Shown here piece by piece: positions 1 to 8,203 of a stretch of 26,055 nucleotides of DNA. Both the position numbers and the translations under genes were made by a program. Every line of letters begins with the position of its first letter. Within the stretch, counting starts at the first letter, position 1. Where the stretch lies: IMG/VR virus record IMGVR_UViG_3300027985_000723, positions 1-26,055 of that record; one strand, written 5' to 3'. Under the pieces are notes generated by a model. It did no database searches and was not told the DNA's origin. It saw nothing but the letters and a program-made list of their open reading frames with translations. The DNA is from a virus (lineage: Duplodnaviria; Caudoviricetes).

Positions 1-15
1 TGAAAGGAGCCTGAG

Positions 16-210
16 ATGAATTCCGTCTATGTCCGCATCTTCCTCTATGTGGTGTCGCCGGTGCTGACCACGCTCGTCGCGCTGATCCCCGGCTGGGGCG
101 TCGCCTATTCCAATGGCGTGCTGACCGTCGATCTGTCCACGGCCGCCGGTGCCGCCATCGCGGCGCTCGGGATTTCCTCGGCGATCTTCGCCAGGTGGGG
201 CGTCAAGTAG
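16..210 (+). CDS. Small membrane protein, putative holin (64 aa)
   Basis: SD AAAGGAG at 3-9; two hydrophobic segments and a basic C-terminus (ARWGVK); lysis-module position upstream of the terminase. Confidence 0.6.
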   Translation: MNSVYVRIFLYVVSPVLTTLVALIPGWGVAYSNGVLTVDLSTAAGAAIAALGISSAIFARWGVK

Positions 211-237
211 ACGCCCAAAAGACTTGAAAGACCGATC

Positions 238-486
238 GTGACCGATTTCACCCAGCACCACGTCGATCGCATCAATGATGCGCATACACGCCTCGACGTT
301 CACGAGGCGCGGATCGCCAGACTCGAGACCTCTGAGGCGGTTTCCTCGGAGCGTTACCTGCATATCAAGGCCGCGCTCGACAAGATCCAGACAACGACCT
401 CGAAAGTCGCATGGATCGTCATCGCTGCGGTGATCGGCGGCGTCATGACCTTCATCATCGATGGGGGTATTCACCTTGGCAAATAA
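238..486 (+). CDS. Coiled-coil plus C-terminal TM protein (XhlA/holin-like lysis accessory; positional equivalent of the Mu gp25 region), 82 aa
   Basis: GTG start; heptad-like RLDVHEARIARLE followed by hydrophobic VAWIVIAAVIGGVMTFII; overlaps the next gene. Confidence 0.6.
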   Translation: MTDFTQHHVDRINDAHTRLDVHEARIARLETSEAVSSERYLHIKAALDKIQTTTSKVAWIVIAAVIGGVMTFIIDGGIHLGK

Positions 487-976
487 CGATGAAATCCGGC
501 GCCGTACACGTTCCGACTATGTGTTCCGCCGCCTAACCGCCGCCACCATCGCGGCGGCCTATGGTGTGAGCGAGGTCACGATCGGCCGCTGGAAGAAGAA
601 AGCCAAAGCAGACGGCGATGACTGGGACATGGCCCGCACGGCAGCCGTGATGTCGGGCCAGGGCGGCGATGTCGTGACCTCGATCGTGCTCGAGGAATAC
701 ATGCTGCAGGCGCAGCAGCTGCTGCACCAGATCAAGGAAGGTGCGCTCGACGTCGAGACGAAGGTCAAACTGATGGCCTCTCTCGCCGATTCCACGACGA
801 AGATGGTCGCGGCGGCGTCGCGCGCGGCGCCGAAGCTGTCGGAGCTCGGGGTGGCGCAGGCAGTCGTCGAGGAGCTCGTGGATTTCGTGCGCGAGAAGTT
901 CCCGCACCACATCGAAGCCGTCCAGGAGCTGCTTGGCCCCTTCGCGGATCACATCTCGCTGCGCTTCGCGCCGTGA
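476..976 (+). CDS. DUF1804-family protein, putative terminase small subunit (166 aa from TTG 476; the track starts at ATG 461)
   Basis: N-terminal HTH-like RSDYVF...AAAYGVSEVTIGRWKKKAKADGDDWDMAR, and PKLSELGVAQAV...FVREKFPHH, typical of DUF1804. G-rich SD at 463-467 precedes TTG 476. Lies directly before the large terminase. Confidence 0.8.
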   Translation: MANNDEIRRRTRSDYVFRRLTAATIAAAYGVSEVTIGRWKKKAKADGDDWDMARTAAVMSGQGGDVVTSIVLEEYMLQAQQLLHQIKEGALDVETKVKLMASLADSTTKMVAAASRAAPKLSELGVAQAVVEELVDFVREKFPHHIEAVQELLGPFADHISLRFAP

Positions 977-984
977 GGTGACCC

Positions 985-2637
985 ATGGCGGTTCGTCCCG
1001 CAACGCACCCCAAGACTAGCCAGAAGGAGTTTCTGGCAAGTATCCAGCGCAAGGGCGAAGAGCTTGCCCGCTGGATCGATCTATCCGTCGACGCCTTTCC
1101 GACTGATCCAGCCGCCAAGCGAGACCGGTTGGCGCGGGTGCGCGGTGCGGATGGCTTCCGCTTCTTCCTCGAGACCTACCTGCCGCACTACGTGAAGGGC
1201 GCGCCATCGCTATTTCATGAGGCGGTGTTCCGTCTGGCGCCGGAAATCCTCTCCTCCGACAAGGGTGCCCGTGAGCTGCTGATCGCACCGCGCGGGTCGT
1301 CGAAGTCCACCCACTTATCGCTGGGCTTCGCGCTCTACTGCATCGTGCTTGGGCTGAAGCGCTACATCCTCGAGGTCTGCGACGTCTACGCTCAGGCGGC
1401 GCTGCTGATCGAGGCGATCAAGGCCGAACTCACCACCAACATCCGCCTGCAGAGCGACTTCCCGGATGTCTGCGGCGCGGGGCGGGTCTGGCGCGAAGGC
1501 GAGATCGTCACGGCGAACAACGTCCGGGTCGAGGGTCTCGGTGCGCTGCAGAAACTGCGTGGGCGTCGCCACGGGCCGCATCGCCCTGACCTGATGTTCT
1601 TCGACGACCTCGAGAACGACGAGCAGGTCCGCAGCCCGGAGCAGCGGCAGAAGCTCGAAAACTGGGTCTACCGCGCCGCCTTGCAGGTCGGGCCACCCGA
1701 TGGCTCGATGGACGTGATCTGGGTCGGCACGGTCCTGCATTTTGACGCTGTGCTGGTCCGCGCATCCAAGAAGCCGATGTGGCGCGTCACCGAGTTTCAG
1801 GCGATCGTGCGGTGGCCGGATCGAATGGATCTCTGGGACCAGTTCGAGGAGGTCTATCAAAATCTCGGCGTGGGCTTTGCACGGGCGTTCTACGCGGACC
1901 AGAAGGCAGAGATGGATGCGGGCGCCGTCGTCAACTGGCCATCGGTGCAGCCGCTCGTCGAGTTGATGCTGAAGCGTGCCGAGTCACACGACGCCTTCCA
2001 GACCGAATACCAGAACAAGCCGATCAGCGAGGGGAACCCATTCGGCGATCTCACCTGGTGGGTGCAGGTCCGTCGCGACTTGATCTTTTTCGGCGCCATC
2101 GACCCGTCGCTGGGCCGCAAGTCGAAGGGCCGTGACCCATCCGCAATCCTGATCGGCGGTATGGACCGGCTCACTGGAACCATGGACCTCGTCGAGGCGT
2201 CGATCCGGCGCCGCCTGCCAGATCTGATCATCGCCGACACGATCGCGCTGCAGCGCGAGTACGGTTGCGTCCTGTGGTTCGTCGAAGCAGTCCAGTTCCA
2301 GGAATTCCTGCGCACGTCGCTGATGGTCGAGGCGGCGAAACAAGGGGTGGGGATTTCGGCGATCCCGATCACGCCGAACTCTGACAAGAACCTCCGCATC
2401 GAGCGTCTGCAGCCGCCCATCGCCGCCGGGCTGATCCGTCTGCATCAGAGCCAGAAAACACTGATCGACCAGCTCCAGCAGTGGCCGAACGCAGATCACG
2501 ACGACGGCCCGGACTGCCTCGACATGCTCTGGCAGCACGCCCTGAAATATTCCGGCGGCATCGGCGGTCTCGGCGGCGGGTCGATCATGACGGCGGGCCG
2601 GTCGTCATCTGACTTCATGAGGGGGTATCGGTTGTGA
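985..2637 (+). CDS. terL: Terminase large subunit (550 aa)
   Basis: Walker A-like APRGSSKST, Walker B DLMFFDDLE, and nuclease motifs GAIDPS, EAVQFQ and HDDGPD. Confidence 0.93.
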   Translation: MAVRPATHPKTSQKEFLASIQRKGEELARWIDLSVDAFPTDPAAKRDRLARVRGADGFRFFLETYLPHYVKGAPSLFHEAVFRLAPEILSSDKGARELLIAPRGSSKSTHLSLGFALYCIVLGLKRYILEVCDVYAQAALLIEAIKAELTTNIRLQSDFPDVCGAGRVWREGEIVTANNVRVEGLGALQKLRGRRHGPHRPDLMFFDDLENDEQVRSPEQRQKLENWVYRAALQVGPPDGSMDVIWVGTVLHFDAVLVRASKKPMWRVTEFQAIVRWPDRMDLWDQFEEVYQNLGVGFARAFYADQKAEMDAGAVVNWPSVQPLVELMLKRAESHDAFQTEYQNKPISEGNPFGDLTWWVQVRRDLIFFGAIDPSLGRKSKGRDPSAILIGGMDRLTGTMDLVEASIRRRLPDLIIADTIALQREYGCVLWFVEAVQFQEFLRTSLMVEAAKQGVGISAIPITPNSDKNLRIERLQPPIAAGLIRLHQSQKTLIDQLQQWPNADHDDGPDCLDMLWQHALKYSGGIGGLGGGSIMTAGRSSSDFMRGYRL

Positions 2638-4052
2638 GCCGCAAGAAATTCAGATCCCCGGCATCCTTTGCCGCAGATCCTGCTGTCGACGCCCGCAAGA
2701 ACCTGCCGGCGCAGGCGCGGGCGCTCGTCGCGAACGCACGCAACGACATCACGCTTCCGGTCTATACCGGGCGCATGCATCCTCTCGACGATACGCTGCT
2801 CGAGCGGGGCGACGGCAAGGGCCTGAAGATCTATGACGAGATCGAGCGCGATACCTTCGCCGGATCAGTGCTCGAGAAGCGTAAGAAGCAGCTGACGGCC
2901 CGCGAATGGCGGGTCGAGCCCGCGAATGATCCGAGCGCGCGTGACATCGAGGCGGCAGCAGTGGTGCGTCAGGTCTTCGAAAGCCTGCCCTTCGACCGCA
3001 TCTGCGAAGATCTGCTCGATGCTACCCTGAAGGGATTCGCGATTTCCGAGGTGGTCTGGGCGCGTGACGGAGCGGGGATCTGGCCGCAGGAGATCGTGGC
3101 GCACGATCAGCGCCGCTTCGTCTTCGACGAGGATTGGCGCCCGCGCCTGCTGACCATGGCGAACATGTATCTGGGCGAGGAGCTGCCCGAGCGGAAGTTC
3201 ATCATCCATCGTTTCGGTGTAAAGGGCAACAACCCCTATGGTCTCGGCCTCGGGTCATCGCTGTTCTGGCCGGTCCTGTTCAAGCGCGAGGGCATCGCCT
3301 TCTGGATGCTGTTCCTGGACAAGTTCGCAGGCCCGACAGTGGTGGGTGAGACACCGTTCGGGTCGCTGCCGGAGGTCGACCGGAAGACCATCGACGCCCT
3401 CGCCGGGGCGCGCACCAGTTCGGCAATCCTGGTGCCGACCGGGACCAATACCAAGTTCCTGGAAGCGTCAAAATCCGGCTCGATCACCTACCGCGATTTC
3501 CTCGAGTATTGGGACAAGCAGATCTCGATCCGGGTCAACGGGGAGACCCTGTCCACTGACATCGGGTCGAGCGGCTCCCGGGCGGCGGCCGAGACCCACG
3601 CCGACCAGCTTGGCCTGCTGGTCGATGGCGATTCGGATTTGCTGTCCGCCACCCTGCGCGACACGCTGATCCGCTGGATCGTGGACTACAACGTGCCCGG
3701 CGCGCGCTTGCCATCGGTCTGGCGCGAGCGCCCGGCAGATGCCAAGGCCGAGGCCGAGACCAGGAAAGCCGAAGCGGAAGCGGCGGCGGCCGCGAACAGC
3801 GCGCTGCGTGACGTGATCCAGATCGCAGCGAAACTGCCCGATGACGCAGTTGCACGGAAGTTCGTCGTGGCCTCCGGCCTCGTTGGCGATCTCGATGACG
3901 ATGTGATCGACGCCCTGGTGAAGATCCGTGATGATCTGCGGGAGGCTTCGCCGGTCGATGCTGTTCCCGGTGCGCCAACGGGGGTGCCGGGCGCGACACG
4001 CGCGCCGGTTCCGGTCGGGGCCACGCCCCGCCTGCCGGGTGTCACGCGGTGA
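2634..4052 (+). CDS. Portal protein, DUF935 / Mu gp29-like (472 aa)
   Basis: LLDATLKGFAISEVVW, NPYGLGL, W.LFLDKFAGP and GETLSTD...GSRAAAETH motifs; GTGA overlap with terL. Confidence 0.92.
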   Translation: MSRKKFRSPASFAADPAVDARKNLPAQARALVANARNDITLPVYTGRMHPLDDTLLERGDGKGLKIYDEIERDTFAGSVLEKRKKQLTAREWRVEPANDPSARDIEAAAVVRQVFESLPFDRICEDLLDATLKGFAISEVVWARDGAGIWPQEIVAHDQRRFVFDEDWRPRLLTMANMYLGEELPERKFIIHRFGVKGNNPYGLGLGSSLFWPVLFKREGIAFWMLFLDKFAGPTVVGETPFGSLPEVDRKTIDALAGARTSSAILVPTGTNTKFLEASKSGSITYRDFLEYWDKQISIRVNGETLSTDIGSSGSRAAAETHADQLGLLVDGDSDLLSATLRDTLIRWIVDYNVPGARLPSVWRERPADAKAEAETRKAEAEAAAAANSALRDVIQIAAKLPDDAVARKFVVASGLVGDLDDDVIDALVKIRDDLREASPVDAVPGAPTGVPGATRAPVPVGATPRLPGVTR

Positions 4053-5671
4053 GTGCACCGGCCTGCCCCTGCTGCTCCTACGCGGTCGATGACCGGCCTG
4101 CCGAGATCGCGAGGCAGGCGACGCAGGCAGCACGTCCGCTGATCGAGGCGCGGATCTCTGCGATCCGCGAGGTGATCGATGAGGCGGACAGCTTTGACGC
4201 TGCAGCACGCGGGCTGCTCGATCTCGCCGCCAGCTGGACGCCGCAGGCATTTGGAGCGCTGATTGGCTCAGCTATGGCACTGGCCGCTTGGGAGGGTCGC
4301 GAGGCGGTCTTCCTCGATCTGGATGAGGAGAAGCTGACCAACTTCTACGCCCCCTTGTTCGTCCCGCCGCACTTGCAGCCGCCGGTCTCGGATTTTGCAG
4401 ATCCGGGGATCCTCTTCAACTTTCAGCCGCAGATCGACTTCCTGAAGCAGAAGCGTCCGGCGGCATCGAAGGTCTGGACCGACAAGATGTTCGGTGACCA
4501 TGACCGTGAGTTCGTCGTGGCGGGTGTCACCGATCACGCCATGGCGGAGGAGTTCCACCAGGCCATTCTGGATGCCGTCGATGGCGGTGGCGGATACAAG
4601 TCCTTCGCCGCGGATTTCGACCGGCTCGTCGAGAAATACGGATGGTCCTACAACGGTGGCCGAGAGTGGCGGATCCGGACGATCTTCGACACCAATGTGC
4701 GCACGAGCTACATGGCCGGCCGTCTGGCCATGATGCGCGACCCCGATGTGGTCCGGCTGCAGCCATGGTGGCAGTATATCCACGGTGAAAGCCGGACACC
4801 GCTGCAGCCTCGGCCGATGCACCTCTCCTGGAACGGCCTGCTCGCGCGCCATGACGACCCGTGGTGGGATATCCATTTCCCGCCAAACGACTGGCTGTGC
4901 TCCTGCGGCGTGCGTGCAATGTCCGAGCGCCGCGCCAAGCAGCAGCCGCGGTGGGGCCAGATTCCGCCCGCGGATATCATGCGCAGCGTGCTCGATCGGA
5001 CCAACCAGCGCACGGTGCAGGTGCCACAGGGGATCGGCCTTGGCTGGGACTACCAGCCGGGCCACCTCTGGGAGCGCGGCATGGTGCCGTCAAAGCTCGA
5101 GGAGGAGGCAGGCGGTTTGACGCCGGACGGGCGTCAAGCTGTGCAGATCGATGAACCAAAACCGATCCCGGATCTCGTCTCCCACGCCCTGCCGTTCAAG
5201 GCAACGCCGTTGCCCCTCAATCTGCCCGATGAGGAATACGTCAAGGCCTTCCTCAATCCCTTCGGCGCGGAAGTCGGACGTGCCGTCTCCTGGACCGATG
5301 CGGCCGGAACCACGCTCCCGATATCGGACGAGCTTTTCCGCGAGACGGCAAGCGGGGCCTGGAAGGTCGGAAAACGGGATCGTGCATCGCTCACGCCGCT
5401 CCTGGCAGAAGCCTTGCTCGATCCAGACGAGATCTGGGTCGGGCTTGCGCGAAAGGTGAACCGGCAGACGGGAGAAGTGGCGCTGGTCGTCGATCGGCGC
5501 TACATCCGAACGGACGGGAAATCGGGGCTCATGGTGGTCTTCGAAGTCGGCCGTCGGTGGTGGCAGGAAGTCACTGCCTACAACACGACCGACAAGAAGG
5601 GGAACCCGGATCTCGCGTTGCTCGATCGCCGCCGGGGCGGAAAGCTCATCTGGTCGAGACCGAGGAAGTAA
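4049..5671 (+). CDS. MuF (Mu gp30-like) minor head protein with C-terminal PBECR2-type (BECR-fold) putative RNase domain (540 aa)
   Basis: MuF motifs RIRTIFDTNVRTSYMAGR, RPMHLSWNG, DDPWW..HFPPNDWLCSC and GIGLGWDYQPG. The C-terminal ~150 aa (LAEALLDPDEIW...RRYIR...VTAY...RRGGKLIWSR) matches my recollection of PBECR2. Confidence 0.85.
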   Translation: MSAPACPCCSYAVDDRPAEIARQATQAARPLIEARISAIREVIDEADSFDAAARGLLDLAASWTPQAFGALIGSAMALAAWEGREAVFLDLDEEKLTNFYAPLFVPPHLQPPVSDFADPGILFNFQPQIDFLKQKRPAASKVWTDKMFGDHDREFVVAGVTDHAMAEEFHQAILDAVDGGGGYKSFAADFDRLVEKYGWSYNGGREWRIRTIFDTNVRTSYMAGRLAMMRDPDVVRLQPWWQYIHGESRTPLQPRPMHLSWNGLLARHDDPWWDIHFPPNDWLCSCGVRAMSERRAKQQPRWGQIPPADIMRSVLDRTNQRTVQVPQGIGLGWDYQPGHLWERGMVPSKLEEEAGGLTPDGRQAVQIDEPKPIPDLVSHALPFKATPLPLNLPDEEYVKAFLNPFGAEVGRAVSWTDAAGTTLPISDELFRETASGAWKVGKRDRASLTPLLAEALLDPDEIWVGLARKVNRQTGEVALVVDRRYIRTDGKSGLMVVFEVGRRWWQEVTAYNTTDKKGNPDLALLDRRRGGKLIWSRPRK

Positions 5672-5675
5672 GGAC

Positions 5676-5748
5676 CCGCCGGGGTGATCCGGCGGTAGCG
5701 TCGGGGGCCTACCAGGAACATCACCGTTCATCGGATTGCCGACACCGC
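5676..5748 (+). ncRNA. Candidate structured RNA with an intramolecular kissing loop, directly 3' of the MuF-PBECR2 gene
   Basis: Hairpin 1: CCGCCGG(5676-82)/CCGGCGG(5689-95), loop GGTGAT. Hairpin 2: GAAC(5716-19)/GTTC(5726-29), loop ATCACC, enclosed by GTCGG(5700-04)/CCGAC(5739-43). The two loops are exact reverse complements. Confidence 0.55.
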
Positions 5749-5781
5749 ACCAATATAGCCAGCAACATGTGAGTTTTCCAT

Positions 5782-6381
5782 ATGGAACGCACGTTTTCGA
5801 TCGAGGTGAACGACCGGGAAGCCAGCGAGGCGCTCTCGGTGCTGCTGCACCGCATGGAAGAGCGGCGCGGCTTCTATCAAAACGTGGCAGAGCTGCTCGC
5901 AAACTCGGCCCGGGAGAACTTCCGCAAGCAGACGGCGCCCAGCGGCACCCCCTGGGCGAAGCTCAAGGCCGCGACGATCCGGGAGCGTACCCGCAAGGGG
6001 CAGCTCCCTCTCACGATCCTGAACACGAATGGCGTGAAGGACGGCATTCACCTGCAAGCTGCGATCTCGCAGGAAGCCGACAATGACGCGGCCCGGGTCG
6101 GCGTTCTCGATCAGGACCCCGTCCGCCACTATGCCGCAATCCACCAGTTCGGCGGCACGATCCCGATCCCGGCGCGCAAGGGCCGCATCTATCGACACTA
6201 CGATCCGACCTCGGGGGTGACCGGCCGGAAATTCGTGTCGCGAGATTCCGAGGGCGCCAAGGCAACTGAAGTCGATATTCCGGCCTACACGGTGAGCATG
6301 CCAGCCCGACCCTACCTCGGTGTCTCGGCCGATGATGAAATGGAGATCCTGTTGCTCGCCGAGGACTGGATCGGCCTCTGA
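5782..6381 (+). CDS. Virion morphogenesis protein, Mu gpG / P2 gpS-like (199 aa)
   Basis: ENFRKQTAPSGTPWAKL, YAAIHQFGG and MPARPYLGVS motifs; follows MuF as in Mu. Confidence 0.9.
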   Translation: MERTFSIEVNDREASEALSVLLHRMEERRGFYQNVAELLANSARENFRKQTAPSGTPWAKLKAATIRERTRKGQLPLTILNTNGVKDGIHLQAAISQEADNDAARVGVLDQDPVRHYAAIHQFGGTIPIPARKGRIYRHYDPTSGVTGRKFVSRDSEGAKATEVDIPAYTVSMPARPYLGVSADDEMEILLLAEDWIGL

Positions 6382-6582
6382 TCCGGGCCGCGACGGAGAG
6401 CGCCAACGAGTGGCGATGATCTTCGCAGGCTGTCGTCGCCCGCCCAGACCAGAGATGCCGCGTCAAACAGGCGTCAAAATCGCTCTGGCGGCATATCGTG
6501 TCCCCTCCCGCCGGTGCTGATGCTTGACCGAACCGGGTTCTGCTGCGCATGGTGCCCGATGAGGCGCCGCGCACGCCTGTCG

Positions 6583-6632
6583 TGACCCCCGGACCAGGTC
6601 CGGGGGTTTCGCTTTTTCAGGCATGCAAAACC
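6583..6632 (+). promoter_or_regulatory. Putative activator-dependent late promoter element, copy 1 (upstream of the head protease)
   Basis: 10-bp perfect dyad ACCCCCGGAC-CAG-GTCCGGGGGT; 41 of 50 nt identical to 11119-11168; position equivalent to the Mu late promoter P(I). Confidence 0.65.
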
Positions 6633-6660
6633 GGGGGCACCAACCTGCTCCTGGATTACC

Positions 6661-7842
6661 ATGCCCCAGTCACTCCCCACCTCGGCTCGTATCGAAGTCT
6701 TCCGGACCGGACGCTTCACCTCCATGGAGGGGGCGCCGCTCAGCTATACCGCCGCCGATCTGAAGGCGATCGCTGCGTCCTATGATCCCGAGACCGCTCC
6801 CGCACCCATCGTCGTCGGGCACCCCGCCTCTGACGCGCCCGCTCTCGGTTGGGCGGAGAAATTCGAATTCGACCCCGAGACGGAACATCTCAGCGCCACC
6901 ATCAAGGACATCGAGCCAGCCTTTGCTGCCTCGGTCCGTGCCGGCCGATTCCGGAAGGTGTCGATGTCCTTCTTCCCGCCGCATCACCCGGCCAACCCCA
7001 ACCCCGGCTCCTGGTATCCCCGCCATATCGGCTTTCTGGGGGCCGCGTCTCCCGCGGTGCCGGGCCTGAAAAATGTCGCCTTCTCGATCGCCCCGGCCGA
7101 TGCGATCACCTTCTCGGGCGAGTTCGCCCAGTTCGGCGATCCCGGGTTTGAACGGTCCGCGTCGCTGTTCCGGCGCCTGCGCGACTTCTTCATCGAAAAG
7201 CACGGGCTCGAGGAGGCCGACAAGGCGCTGCCGGCTTACGAGATCGAATGGCTGGGCGAGATCGAGACGTCCCACGAGCCCGACGGCCTCGATGGGCCGG
7301 GCTGCGCAACCGGAGGCTATGTGCCTGGCGAACAGCAGCCCGGCATGCGGTGCATCGTTCTGAAATCTGAAAAGGAGGCCCCCGTGCCCGGAGAGAAACC
7401 CGCCGACTTCGCTGCGCGCGAAGCGGAGCTGACCGAACGCGAGCGCAAGATCGCCGAACGCGAAACCGCTGCCGCCCATTCCGAAAATGCCTCCTTCGCG
7501 GAGCGCATGGTGGACGAGGGCCGCCTGTTGCCGGCCCTGCGGGACAAGGTCGTCGCGCTGATGGATGCGCTGCCAGGCCATGCCTCGGTGACCTTCGCAG
7601 CGGGTGATGCCCCGATCTCGCCTGTTGCCGCGCTGCGCGAAGTGCTCGAGGCCCAGCCGGTGGTGGTCACCCAGGGCCGTCACGATATGGGGCCGCTTCC
7701 GCACGATGCGCCCGCATCCTTTGCCGCCGACGGCAAGCCCGTTGATGGCGACGAGATCGCCCTGCATCACAAGGCCGAGGCGTACATGCGCGAGCATCCC
7801 GAAACCGCCTATCTCGACGCCGTCGCGGCCGTCTCCCGCTGA
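6661..7842 (+). CDS. Prohead protease/scaffold polyprotein, Mu gpI-like (393 aa)
   Basis: IEVFRTGRF, APIVVGHP...PALGW, RFRKVSMSF and RHIGFLGAASPAVPGLK protease motifs, followed by a charged helical scaffold region. Confidence 0.9.
   Translation: MPQSLPTSARIEVFRTGRFTSMEGAPLSYTAADLKAIAASYDPETAPAPIVVGHPASDAPALGWAEKFEFDPETEHLSATIKDIEPAFAASVRAGRFRKVSMSFFPPHHPANPNPGSWYPRHIGFLGAASPAVPGLKNVAFSIAPADAITFSGEFAQFGDPGFERSASLFRRLRDFFIEKHGLEEADKALPAYEIEWLGEIETSHEPDGLDGPGCATGGYVPGEQQPGMRCIVLKSEKEAPVPGEKPADFAAREAELTERERKIAERETAAAHSENASFAERMVDEGRLLPALRDKVVALMDALPGHASVTFAAGDAPISPVAALREVLEAQPVVVTQGRHDMGPLPHDAPASFAADGKPVDGDEIALHHKAEAYMREHPETAYLDAVAAVSR
7384..7842 (+). CDS. Nested in-frame scaffold protein, Mu gpZ-like (152 aa)
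   Basis: Strong internal SD AAAGGAGG at 7371-7378 and in-frame GTG at 7384 (offset 723 nt from 6661); analogous to Mu I/Z. Confidence 0.7.
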   Translation: MPGEKPADFAAREAELTERERKIAERETAAAHSENASFAERMVDEGRLLPALRDKVVALMDALPGHASVTFAAGDAPISPVAALREVLEAQPVVVTQGRHDMGPLPHDAPASFAADGKPVDGDEIALHHKAEAYMREHPETAYLDAVAAVSR

Positions 7843-7853
7843 GAGGATCCCAA

Positions 7854-8192
7854 ATGCAGTATCATCATGACGTTCTCGCCTGGACGGTCATCTCGACCGG
7901 CACGTTTTCCGCCAATGACCTCGTGGGCTTCGATGGTGCCAAGGTGGTTGCCGACGATGCCCCGGTGATGGGTGCTGCCAAGCATCCCTGCACCGTGATC
8001 GGCGACCCCGTGGGCCTGACCCTGATCGGTATCGCCCGGGTGAAGGCCGTGGGCGCTATCACCGCGGGCACGCGCGTCGTTTCCGCGGCCGCCGGCGGCG
8101 TTAAGGCCGCGGGAGCCACCCCGGTCAACGACTTCGCCACCGCCATGACCTCCGCCGCCGACGGCGAGTTCGTCGACATCCTCATCCGCTGA
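7854..8192 (+). CDS. Capsid decoration/cement protein, DUF2190-like (112 aa)
   Basis: Small Gly/Ala/Val-rich beta protein (GIARVKAVGAITAGTRV...AADGEFVDILIR) between scaffold and capsid; SD GAGAGGA. Confidence 0.8.
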   Translation: MQYHHDVLAWTVISTGTFSANDLVGFDGAKVVADDAPVMGAAKHPCTVIGDPVGLTLIGIARVKAVGAITAGTRVVSAAAGGVKAAGATPVNDFATAMTSAADGEFVDILIR

Positions 8193-8203
8193 AGGACCTG
8201 AAC

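Noticed and set aside
5676-5695. Hairpin after MuF as an intrinsic terminator, or the element as a known self-cleaving ribozyme
   Set aside because: No U-tract follows, and I could not fit hammerhead, twister or HDV-like core consensus by eye; a covariance search would be needed to exclude this fully.
5776-5787. Perfect palindrome TTCCATATGGAA over the gpG start codon
   Set aside because: Single occurrence with no second copy found; could be chance.
5557-6086. ORFs 5557-5772 and 5736-6086 as a possible immunity protein for the MuF nuclease
   Set aside because: They overlap MuF or gpG out of frame, have no convincing SD, and have an Arg/Pro-rich shadow-like composition.
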